A stretch of DNA of 63,632 nucleotides, filler included, from Lenisia limosa (lineage: Eukaryota > Protista > Breviatea), in NCBI GenBank assembly GCA_001655205.1. It is 7 parts of 7 records of this genome, joined end to end, with 100 filler letters (N's around TTAATTAATTAA, not from the genome) between each part and the next. Parts side by side here need not be neighbours in the genome. Positions count along the whole stretch, not along the records: positions 24,303 to 39,297 come from LPNZ01008043.1; 6 more parts are not named here. One strand, written 5' to 3'. Of the stretch, positions 24,203 to 36,800 are shown piece after piece (within the stretch, counting starts at the first letter, position 1; every line of letters starts with the position of its first letter). Below the pieces are notes generated by a model, which was not told where the DNA came from, ran no database searches, and was given only the letters and a program-made list of their open reading frames with translations. The position numbers and the translations under genes were made by a program.

Positions 24203-24302
24203 NNNNNNNNNNNNNNNNNNNNNNNNNNNNNNNNNNNNNNNNNNNNTTAATTAATTAANNNNNNNNNNNNNNNNNNNNNNNNNNNNNNNNNNNNNNNNNN
24301 NN
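24203..24302. other. Artificial contig spacer
   Basis: N44-TTAATTAATTAA-N44. Confidence 0.95.
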
Positions 24303-27151
24303 CCTCACCCTCACCCCCCCTCAATTGGGCAGTAAAGGAGTACCTCCAATTTGCCAAACCAGTATCAATGTCATTATAGCAGGTAAATTACCACTAGTCT
24401 GCATCAGTCACTGTTTTATATTGATATTATATGATATAGTATACTATATATACATGTATTATATAATGATATAGGAAAAATATGTCCTTTTTTTTATCAC
24501 AACTAAAATAATTAATATCAATTAATGGAACGTAAGGCTGCCTTCTTAGCGGACCCAAATCTAAATAGTCAAAGACAGAACGGGATAAGATGAGAAAAAA
24601 AGTTGAATAGCCAAAGCTGTCGGGCATCACTTTGGTTCAAAAAAAGTCTGAATTTCTCGATAATCCTCGAAAATTATCGATATTGTACTGGTATTTTTCG
24701 AACCGAATTGAAGACCTACTTATAAGAGATATTGGATTAGCAATAACCCACGTATAATAGTATATAATATATATATTAGGCAACATCTTCACACAATATA
24801 AGGCAGATTGCTGAGACTCTTTCATGTACAACTCAAAATTAGACAAGTTATCAAAGTCCAAAATTCTGTATTCATACATCCTCACCTCAATGACGCATTT
24901 CGACTCGGATGTGAGTGATGTTTTCCAGGTTGTTGATCCCGTACGGAGCACTAGGTCACCAGTATAGGGAACTTGGCCTAAGGTGTGTCAGAAAAGGTGT
25001 TTGCCATATTCTTCAGAAAAAAAACATAAATTAAAATAAATCTCCAAAACAATAATAAAAACATATCATCTAATCCATCATACCAAGCATATACTGATCC
25101 GAAGATCCATATGTTGAATGGCTTGAGTCAAGAGTGCCCTGCGAGTGTCAGACTGGAATTTTTCAATTATTCAAAGCAGAATATGTATGCATAGAGAAAT
25201 TTAGTCCTTTTCCCAACCAAAATCCAATTACAAAACCAATGCCCACAAGTTAATACGCAACCCTTTAACCAAGACGACTGTGGCTTCACTTTGTTTCGAA
25301 AAACACCAAGAAAAATATTAACAGTTGAGGATCAGGAAATTGATTCTTTTTTGTCTGGCCAAAAACCCCTTACAAAGAGGGAAAACATGATCATGCCATA
25401 GTAGTGCTGTTGGGAGGCAGCATCAGCATCACTACATTATCACACAAAGCTCAAACGTAAAAAACACCCCAGCTGAGATTCGCCATAAATAATCGATCGA
25501 TAACGTATAAAGAAAAGAATGTGGATAGCCTGTCTTACTGGTAAGTGCCGAAGGTGAATTCTCCTGGTGCTACCACAACATAGTCATGGTGGTCCTGGAT
25601 TATGATATTTATTCCAAAGATGAATCAGAAAATTTATTGTAAATTTGTGGAGATGAGAAATAAGGCAAGTCACGGCACTATGTAATTACGGTCTTTTATG
25701 TTGTGTTGTACATACATGCACAAATACAAACAGGTATCTGATACAAAGTGTATGTATAGATATTATATCATATGATATATAGAGTGAACTATGGAAATCT
25801 TAAATACAAATCAAATTATCAAGATATCTGAAGATAATAGTTTCTATATAAACGTCACCACCTTACAGTTCCTCCTGCAGCGTTGTTATTAAGGGCATTT
25901 TCAGCAAACGTTGTTGAAGCATAAAGGCTATCGGACGATGATGTTGACGAATACTGCCTCGCTAAATATTAGAAAAGGCACTACGATACCCAAGTAAATA
26001 GATAAAACGCCCGAATAACATTATCTCTGTACAATAGTCTAAGTTACCACCCCCATACTTCCACAGTCAATAACCACACGGCCTTCGGTGAACGTGCGAT
26101 GGGCACCGTAAAATCCAAACTCAGTAGTGTCAGCTGTGTGGTAATTCTCCAAAATGATACAGAGTTACACACACCACACAACTCTCCTAAAAGAGAATAT
26201 ATGTGACCCAATGCTCTATATGGTGCCCATAGGCTACACACTAAACCCCCCCGAACAGGATGGACTTCCATAGGTTCCCCCGAACAGGATGGACTTCCAT
26301 AGGTTCCCCGAACAGGATGGATTTCCATAGGTTCCCCCAAACAGGATGGACTTCCATAGGTTCTTGCGTAAAAATCCGTGTGAAAATCGGGAGCAGAAGC
26401 GAGGTCCACAGCAAACATCCTTAGGAATTATGATAGATACAAACTCAATAGACAATGAGTTTCTTTGCTTTAGAGAAACTACGAAAGCACTATGAAAGTA
26501 ATCATTGATCAAGAAAAATAAGGAACGTGGAAGTTATCCATGGTCATCTCCATAATTATGAATATATTTTGCCAACCTGGTCCAAGGTGTTCCGGATCCG
26601 GTATTATAACATCTAGAAGAGCCCTGAAAAGTTAGATTGAAATCATAAATGGACATTGTATTATTTCAACCTACCCAGACTCCTTCAGCTACCCAGGTGC
26701 CAAAAGGGGGGTTCACCCGGTCTTCACATTTATCAACTACGGAAGTAGCGTTGGTATAGTATTTCGCCACTATTTCGGTAATCTGCCGTGGTAAGTATTA
26801 TTCTAGTCCAATATCAAGATGCACTTATCAAGAAAACCACCGAATACCAATTCCCTTATATCCTGTCCATCAACTTGCAGATTAGTGGCAGACACGGAGT
26901 TTCCCTGGACAAAATCACCAGTGATGTTCTGGGCTAAAACGGCGATGGCTTCAATTGCACCGTCGGTTCTCGACCTTGGGTATAAGAGATGAACAAATGA
27001 ACCCAACTGAGAGAACCAAATAAATCTCCATTAATGGAACAGATATGTACCAATCAAATTGATATTTAACAGACCCATCATACTGCAAATATGCATTCGT
27101 TTGATGTTGAAAAAGCACCAGTAGCAGTCCAAGAAAGAGGTGAGTAAGCAT
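24303..27151 (-). CDS. Multi-exon putative secreted protein of unknown function, 3' partial
   Basis: ATG at 27151 gives signal-peptide-like MLTHLFLGLLLVLFQHQTNA. Exons follow: LGSFVHLLYPRSRTDG...NLQVDGQDIREL|ITEIVAKYYTNATSVVDKCEDRVNPPFGTW, GSSRCYNTGSG, YGAHRTFTEGRVVIDCG and HDYVVVAPGEFTFG. The 3' exons are less certain. Confidence 0.6.
24620..24718. mobile_element. hAT-type MITE copy G (more diverged, TSD not retained)
   Basis: TCGGGCATCACTTTGGTTC...CGAACCGAATTGAAGACCTA, with internal sequence closely matching copy C. Confidence 0.75.
26251..26363. repeat. Intronic minisatellite, 4 copies of a 28-29 bp unit
   Basis: CCGAACAGGATGGACTTCCATAGGTTCC repeated with 1-2 substitutions and no unique spacers. 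Confidence 0.92.
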
Positions 27152-27834
27152 TTTAAATGGAAGTGTTTTCTTCCAAACTATTTCGATGCGATGTTTCAGG
27201 TTGTGTAATTGTTGTTTAATATAATAGTGTATTATTATATGCAAATATACAACTATAAGAGATGTAGGAGAGGCGAAGAAGACTTTTATTAAATTTTCCT
27301 TATATATGGTATAACATGGAGAGGGTTATAATATTTGGCACCCGAACCCAACTGCAGCCAGAACAGAGCCAGAAACCAAGAAGAAACCAACTCTTCTACT
27401 ACATTTATTAAACAATTACACAACGTTAAAGACTGTAATACAAAAAGATACATAAAAGTAGATATATATGAAGTAAAAATATACTTTTGAACCCTGATTG
27501 TAGATTAGATACACCGTATTCAGTTCATCTAAGTGGCACTTGAAGAACCAATTCACAATTGATCGAGCTGTTCCAAGACCGAGAGTTCCCATTTACTATA
27601 AGTCAATAGAACAATAGCTGGTTTTCTCAAGAAGTGCTTCGGATGTNNNNNNNNNNNNNNNNNNNNNNNNNNNNNNNNNNNNNNNNNNNNNNNNNNNNNN
27701 NNNNNNNNNNNNNNNNNNNNNNNNNNNNNNNNNNNNNNNNNNNNNNNNNNNNNNNNNNNNNNNNNNNNNAAGAGCATTGGAAAATATATCCAAAGATTCA
27801 TTGCATGACGGTTGAATATGACTCATCAACAAGC

Positions 27835-30800
27835 ATGGGCCTCCTGCTGCTCATCACCGCCATCCTACTGGGACTTCAGCCTTGTGTTGCCCTTATTTCT
27901 TTTGTCCCTGTACCTGCTGATGGGATTGTTGTGCAGACGGCAGCGGATACCTGTCTCTACAACCTGAATTACACAGGTAGGGGGGGGGGGGGGNNNNNNN
28001 NNNNNNNNNNNNNNNNNNNNNNNNNNNNNNNNNNNNNNNNNNNNNNNNNNNNNNNNNNNNNNNNNNNNNNNNNNNNNNNNNNNNNNNNNNNNNNNNNNNN
28101 NCTAAGAAGATGACCATAAATAGCTTCATTTCCCGAAGTTTACTTTTTTTTTGGATTGTATTGTAGTAGAGATCAAAGTGTGGATTTGAAATTGACCGAA
28201 TTCCGTCTCGGAAAATTTCTTTAATTTTTTGAAATCAAAAATGATACTTTTACATTAACTCTCAATAATTGCCCTTGTGATAAATATACTCATATTTATT
28301 TGATGTGTCTGTCTCGAAACCTGATAGCTTAAACCATTTGTCTTTCTCACACTGATCATCCAGCTGGAAATAGCTTCTTTCGCTTTCGCGAGGGTATGGT
28401 TTGGTTTAGTGTTTAGGTTGTACCATTATATATAACATATATTTTAGTTGGTTCATATCGTCAATGTTATCAATAAAAACTCTTTCAAGGTAACGGTGAT
28501 ATACCCTGATTTTTACCTTATTGGTGTTTTCAAACTTGTTTTAGCACTGAGTGTTGCTGACCCTCTAGATAACAACTTGCTAGATTATGGGTGTCCGGCA
28601 GTACCTGAGTTCTCCGAATCCGGATTCATGTGAGTGAGAATCGGCATTGCTCATCTTGTCATGGAAAATTATTTCGGGAACGTTTTGATTTGTTTCTATT
28701 AGTTACTACAAGAATGCTCAGTATTGTTCAGCCTTTTATTGTTTACACTGACAAACGTTTAGTGCTTGGTAGTATCTAATATATCAGGTTACTCCTGAAG
28801 TTACACGCACCTGGTGATGAGCGAACTATAATGTCTTTCTATAATGGTAGGCAAGTCTACAATATCATCACCTAAAGTATATTTTCTCATTGTGATATTT
28901 GAGTGGCATTTTTTCTTTTTTGGCAGATTCAGTGTATTGATAACTTTATCATATTATGAGTTAGATGCTTTTTAGCATTGATTATTGTTGTCAAAATTTT
29001 TACCGAAATAGGGGCTGTAAAGACACTGTCTATCATTGGCAGTTTTGGAGGAATTCGGATACTTCATTATGGCGATTGGGGTCCGTCAGTGTACACGTGC
29101 GTATTTGATGTTGCCGTGGGGGGGTGGAAAGCATTTGTAGTTTGTTCATTTTCTGTCAAATCTACCTTATAATGGTGTTTGGTAGAGTCCCGTTTCCAAT
29201 TTTTTTTTTTATTGTGTGTACATACCGAATACTTCCCGGGTGTATGCAGTATTGCAATTTTTTTTACGGTATAGAACAATGTGTTTGACCTGGCGTACTA
29301 CCGCAAAGTGAATGGAGAAACCTTCGCGTTTGTGGGTTATTTTGCTCCTTGTATTATGCCCTAATATCTGGTGACAAGTGTCAACAATTACGATTATGGA
29401 CAATAAGTAATTCGTATAAATATGTATACTTTTGTACAATATTTTAATGATTATAGAACGATGGCAGTGTCACAATTCTGTACAATAACTATACCTACGA
29501 TCTCAGCTGAAGAGGTGACACGTATTGCGATTAACTGTAGGATGCCTTTCCAATCCCTATTTGTTATCATTTCTTAGAATACTAAGCTAATTTCATCATT
29601 TAGCCAATGCTACGTTTGAATTTTTCTCGTTAGCCCCCATTTTGGACTACTACTGTGCCATGGATGAGGGTTTGTTGGAATGACTCAGTGTAATGTCGCA
29701 CTTTAGTATTCTTTATTGCAAGCGTGCTTTGGCGATTAATAGGGCTATATTTCCGGATTCGGATCCTTAGTCTTAGTTTTTTGGGGTAGGATGTGACAGG
29801 ATCCTGTCTGGATCCGGTTGGATCCGCCAGATTTGGATCTGTATTTTATTATTATTTTACATAAAACGCATATTTTGTTTGATTGTTGTTAACTATTGGT
29901 GTTTCTTGCCTCTATTGTCTTTCTTTTCTGTGCAGTACGCGTTTTAGAAGGAGCATGTGTGTAATAATTATAGTTGTAAGTATTAATTTTACGATAATAA
30001 TAAATACATACATATTATGATTATTATGAATTAGAATCACTACAGATCTTTGAATTTTTTAAAACTCTTTTAAAAACTCTTTTATAAACAAAAAAAACGT
30101 ATCTACTTTCGGATCTATTGTCGGATCCTAAAACCGGATCCAAATAATAACATAGCAATTAAATTGATAGTCGTTTCACATTACAATAAAGAGTGTCTGA
30201 GATTATATTTTCAAGTTATATTGTGCACGCAACCAATTGAGCACATATTGGAGTTTTTATTGTTGGGCATTTATCAAAATTTGCAGAACTCAGAATAATT
30301 AGTAAAAAATGTTACCGCTTGATGGAATCAATATTCTGTTCTATATAAATGTTTTCATATTTGTAACTTTCCTCAGTATCATTTCCCCATTGCTTTTCGC
30401 ATTCCTCACCGCATATTCACCTTCACCCCTTAGTTTTGAACTCCAATTCTATCCTCTCAAGCATTGAGCAATTGAAAGTTGAGGTATTCAGGATAATATT
30501 TTTTTTTTTGCAAATAATTGTATCACAATCTGTACAGCTAAATATGTCATTACATCCACGGTATTTTACATCTAATATGGCATACACACATGTTATTTAT
30601 TATCATTATTTATTGGAAACCCTTTTTCACTGGACTTACCCCATTATAGAAGCGAACAACCCCCTGTGAACCAACTCAGTACCAAAGCCACACGTTCCCC
30701 TACCAGCCCAACACAATGCAGTATAACACGGATTCCGGGTTTCACCTTGAATACATGGACAGCTGTTTAGGTTTGCTGGGTTTCTGTAAGCACAAAATAT

Positions 30801-33800
30801 AGAATAATGGCCGATCGCCGGTAAGTACACCTTTATTAAGCATCACCTAAAGGGTTATTACTATTATGGTTTTAAAAGGGGGGTGATTTGCATTCATATT
30901 GCTTATTCTCTGCTTTAGTGGTTTGAATTTTTCAAACATAGTTTACACTCTTCCATTTATTATATACACTGATGCATATTCTTTCAGATAACTCTTTAGA
31001 ATGCCCTGAACATTTTGGATGTAATGGAACACACGCTATTGAGTGTCCAATGACCCATATTAGCGACAATTCAGACTGTGTTCCTGTAGGATGGTCATAA
31101 ACTAAGCCTGTTACGGTGGACGGTTGATGGGGTGTTTTTTGGCGGAATACCATTTGAATTGACATTATGCTGTATGAATGTGCTATTTACATCGATATTA
31201 CATATCATATATTATTTTCACATATAATATTAATATAGATAATCTTTTTACTCTAATATTATCCAGTGCGAATCAGGTTTAACGCAACTCAGAGGCACTG
31301 ATTGGTGGGTGGAAAATGAATAGCGTTTTTGGTCACATTGTTTTTGTTTTGAAACTCCTAATTCAATTATTGCAACTTATGCAAACACTATTATTGCCAC
31401 TAATTAGTGTAGTGATTCATCCAGATATTTAATTATGTAGTATGTGCCCTGAAGGACAGTATTACGATTTCATGATTGATGGTTGTTCTGGTGAGCTGAT
31501 TGGTGGATGCTCCATTTGTGATAGTAATAGAGGGGGAAATGATGTAGTGTTGTAGTCTGTGGCCCTTTCGAATTGTTTTCGAGTATGCCGATATGCATAT
31601 ATCATTACACTTTTTTAGCTATTACTTTTCCAATGTACATTTTTGTGGGAGTATAAATACAGTTGAATATAATTTCAGTCTTATTTTGTAGAATGTGGTG
31701 CGGGATCTGTCAGGGCGAACGCTGAAACAAGTATGTGGGTAATCATGATTTAGAGCAAGCTTCCAAGTCAGTAAATTAGCTTGTTTATGTGGCATTTTTT
31801 ATAAGAGTCCTTTATTGCTGTGTAAAATGTTTCTGCTTTTAGTATCTGATCTGTTTTTTTTTAATCAGACGGACAGGTGAATTAAACAATATGCTCTTTT
31901 AGATATCGGTATGGCTATAAATTGCGTACTAGACATAATGCACCTTATAAATTACTTGACAATAACAGCCTACTTCTCGGCCACATTGTGTATGTGTTCT
32001 TTTCCCCGATGTATTATTGTCTATATTACTCAGATTTTATTAGATTTCAATCAAAATATGCGTGATTAATTTTTTTTTAGCACGTCGTGGTCGCCGAGCC
32101 TATCCTTTTGGTTCAAAATGCGCTGAGCCCTTTCCAGTAAGGGCCTGTTCTCACCATTTTAATCGCCCACAACACTTCACAATACCCAACTACACTGGTG
32201 AACAATTTTGCTATTATTTGACATTGTTCATCATATCAACTAGTGAAAAGTTACCTAATACAGCTGCAAAGACGTTAAACTTTACAACAAAAACTTGAAT
32301 TATCTTCCTGATTAATTATGAGTTATCTTCTACTATCTAGTAATAAAATTTTACAACCTACTGCTACTTCAGATTTACATCTGTAACTATTCAGGACTTT
32401 GCCATCCGCAATGATGACACTTGTTCTCCGTGTTTCGATAGTATTGCAAACGTCAACAAGGTTTGTGCATTTCATATTCGGTAATTTTCAACACTTCTGG
32501 AGTGTTGAGAAGTATGGGAGAAATCCATTACATTCTGACTGTGACCAGACGGCCTGTGTACCCTGCTTGGAAAACGAAGAGGCGATTGGCGGGGTATACT
32601 GGTACGCAAAATACGTTTCGTAACGAAATTATTATGTGATATCATATTTTTTACACTGAGGAATTAACTGTTTAAGATGATAATTTTCAAAAAATTCATG
32701 TATTGAATGAGGTGTTAATGTTTCTAATCTATTCAGTCGTTGTTCCCCTGGTTTTGGCGGGTCCCCCTGTGACCTGTGCCTTGGTAACAACATTGGTGTT
32801 AAAGGGGAATGTCAGCCTTGCGTTGGTAATACCATTCCCAATGATGACAGGACTGTTTGTGAACGAGTAGGCTCTAATACTAATTTTACTCTTTTTTTTT
32901 TATTTACTCATTCTAGTGTCTCTCACATTCGACTGCGATTGATGGTTCTTGGTGAGATTTATTATTGTATTGATGGATATACTGCAGCCTTTTACTTAAA
33001 ACCAAATACCAATAATGCGCTTGTTACATGTATATAGTGTCCTGATATGAATAATAAATATGATAATTCATTTACTATTGATGTTTTAACGGTATTCAGT
33101 GTGTGTGATGCAGGGTATCATTTAGTGCTTACAGTCTGTGCCCCCTGCCCAAAAGGTTTGCCGTTTCTTTTGAATTCCCAATGCATAATAAATTCACCGA
33201 GGCTGTTATAATAACTTACTTATTCAGGGCAATACGCATTTGATCAGTCAACGTGTTTGAACTGCACTATGGACCCGAGTACTGTCGAAGCATATGGCAT
33301 CACAACTGGCCAAACCATGGCCGACAAATGCATGCCGGTAGGCTTTTAGACAAGTGGAAAGTATTCTCAAAATCGAATACAAAATCCTCTTTTGTAAAAA
33401 AATTTCCTTCTAGTATACTATACTATATGATGAGTGAACTAATAGTCGAGTGTTATTGCACTATAATTTTTAGGAATTAAACTTAATAGGAAATATTGAT
33501 GTTTAGTATTATTTACTATGTAGTGTACAAATGGAACCGTTCCCAACAGTGACCGATCTATGTGTGTTTGCGCCCCTGGCTCTGTCTTCAACTCTGAACG
33601 TGGGTCTGGGCTGTTTATCAAATTATTGACAAAGCTTCTTGATTGTCTTATATAGTATGTATGATATAAATTCATCTTTAATACTTGATGAAGTTAGAAG
33701 CTACCTTTACAAATAATCAAACTGTATATGCATGTAATCATTGTTTGTATGATAAAAGTTGCTTCACTGATATTGGATTGAACAGTTGTCAAAAACAAAT

Positions 33801-36800
33801 TTGAGCTCAGTTCTACATTTGTGAGAGTTTATTTTCAATTAAACTGTCATATACAAAGTCACAATATAAACCATACTCTATATTATTAACTTTTTTAGTC
33901 GTCTGTACTGAATGCCTCGCGGGTACCTATAATCCAATTCGAGGAGGCGTATCCTGCTTGGTAAGCAAAATTCTGACAGGCAAAAAACTATTAGACAGTA
34001 AGTTTGAAAAGGCTTGTAATTTCTTTTCACCAGTAATATTTCTTCAGTGTTTTTTTTTCTGTTTAATTCAAGAAACGAATATCTTTTTTTAATCAAATTA
34101 TAAATTTCTCTTTGACCCTTACAGGATTGTTTGAACGGTTACTGTAGTGGAAATGGAACCGTCACTCCTTCATCCGTAAGTGGGTAGTCATGGTGATTTT
34201 TTAGACTTCCTGGTTGTTTTCTCATTTCTTTTGTGAACATGTCCCTTCTTTTGTGACAATACATAATACTATCAGATGAAATGTATGATATATCATTATA
34301 TCCACATGAATAGTTATAATATCTGCTCTTATTCGCAATTCAGTGCAGCGAAGCAGGCAATGTTGCCTCTATACCCCCTCATACTTCGCAATATGACTGG
34401 TAGGAGGTGTCATGAGTTTCATTTGAGGTTATAATGCGATCAACATCAGAACCCATTTCAATACTGTGCCTTGCTCTACTTTATACCAGAAGGCCACTTT
34501 TGTGGAAAATATGTTTTATTGATGATGCATATGTATGAACATATTTAGATAAATAATTGCAATTGGGAGCAATATCCTGTTCACACCTCTAGCATCTGCC
34601 CAGTTGACATGGCACTGGTGGACGGAATTTGCCAGGAATGTCCAAAAGGTACCTTTTCTGATGGCAAGGGAAACTGCCATGTTTGTCTCAACGACACGTT
34701 TGCTTCAAGTATCGCTGGAGCCTGTATTCCTGTAAGGTTTTGTAAAAAAAATGTTACCATTATTATTTACTCATTTAATTTGTATTGTCAATGTTTACTA
34801 CTTCTGCTCAATCTTCTTAAATTGATCAAATCTACTACGCTCTTGACCCTATATAATTGACCTTTAGTGCCCAGAGGGTGCGCACACTGCTGGAGTTACC
34901 GCATCAGACCACTCTTCAATTCAGTCATGTTTCTGTGAAACAGCGTTCCACATTCCACAGGTAGCTGTCCTATGACATTATATCGATATGTCTTGTGGTA
35001 TTTTGCTATTGGATATTTGACTCCCCAGTTCCACCCTGCCTACCCGAGAGTGAAGTGCGACCTTTGTCCTGGTGGTTGGTGGTGTAGTAATGGATTATTT
35101 TGGAATCTTGTCAGAGGAATTTCTTGCAACTTCACCTAATTTTGTTACATATGTGTATCAAATGACATGTAGTAATATTCCTATTTATTGGTTTGGCTGC
35201 ATATCTCAGGTATATACGATACTATACTATATTCAATTGTGCACAGTACTCTTTAGTGAGAAAAAATTGCAAGATTCCTTTACTAGTTATGATTTACTTT
35301 TGCCTTTTGCTCTTGCTCATTTCCAAGGAACTGAGCTCTCTGCAGTTGACAACATGTGCCAGCCTTGCTCTGTTGGGTTCTACTCAAATGAAAACTCCAC
35401 TTGTATTGCTGTAAGTAGGTCGATTTCCTCTTTAACTCATATGAAGTCCTTAGCAATATATTGGTTTTATAAAATGTGCATTAATTCGAGATGAGGGAGG
35501 AAGGATATGTATAATTATATTCACTTTATCATGATACTCTCCTCACGGCACTTCCTCACGGCACTTCAGTGTCCATCGTCAAGGCAATTCTCCTCAGGTT
35601 CTTTGGGAGCTGCAGGTATACAGTCTTGCCTTTGCCCTTTAGGTTTCGAGCCTGACGGTAAGGGGTAAGGGNNNNNNNNNNNNNNNNNNNNNNNNNNNNN
35701 NNNNNNNNNNNNNNNNNNNNNNNNNNNNNNNNNNNNNNNNNNNNNNNNNNNNNNNNNNNNNNNNNNNNNNNNNNNNNNNNNNNNNNNNNNNNNNNNNNNN
35801 NNNNNNNNNNNNNNNNNNNNNNNNNNTTTGTGCTAGATTCTCTTCATATTCAACCAGAAATGGTGAATAATAACCTGTTTTAATTGCTATAGGGTTGAAC
35901 GACTGTGTGAAATGCCAACCAGGATTCGCAAGGACATCATTAGATGATCCATTCTGCATACAGTTAACAGATAGTTATGTCGTTTCCCCAAGTGAACTAA
36001 AACCATGCCCTACTGGCTCAACTGTTNNNNNNNNNNNNNNNNNNNNNNNNNNNNNNNNNNNNNNNNNNNNNNNNNNNNNNNNNNNNNNNNNNNNNNNNNN
36101 NNNNNNNNNNNNNNNNNNNNNNNNNNNNNNNNNNNNATGACATGTTTTTAATGTCAACGGTTTCTAACACCCAGGTGATTCCTTATGTGGTTGATGGAAT
36201 CGAGAGTTGCAGCTGCGAATGGGGCAAAGAGCTTTTTGAAGGCGCTTGTCGGGATTGTTTACCAGGTACCGTACGAGGTCCACAGCAAGGACCTTGGTCC
36301 TCGTGCCTACATTGTAGCCCTTTCGTACCTTGTGGGTTGAGCTGCTCTTTCACAAATATAAGCCTTATACTGGCGGTATTTAAATCCTACTTATTACAGT
36401 TGAAAATTTGACAATTTCAGCTACAGATAGAACCAAATGCGAAACACCAAGTATTGCTGGTTCTTTTGCCCTTGAGAACTCTACATTCATGTTGGCTTGT
36501 TTTTGGTCACTTATTTTGTTGTCACAAATCAATTCTTTATGGTGTGTTTCTGTAATATTTCATTTAAAGCCACTTTTAATATTTGCGTTTTCTTACATTG
36601 CATCTCTTGTCCTCTTCATATTTTCAGAGTATGTCCAGCAGGATCATATTTTTCACTAGCAGACCAGAGCTGCAATGTATGAGGTGGCGCTAGTGCAGTA
36701 ATTCCTCTATTTTGTTTATCAATTTAGAAGTGCCCTATTGGGAGTTATATGCCAGAAGTCAACATGGATTCAAGCTGTGTGCTTTGTGATGGAACGTATA

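Noticed and set aside
27540-27645. Short coding-looking stretch between the two divergent secreted genes
   Set aside because: No start or splice context, a stop within ~20 codons, and an adjacent masked block.
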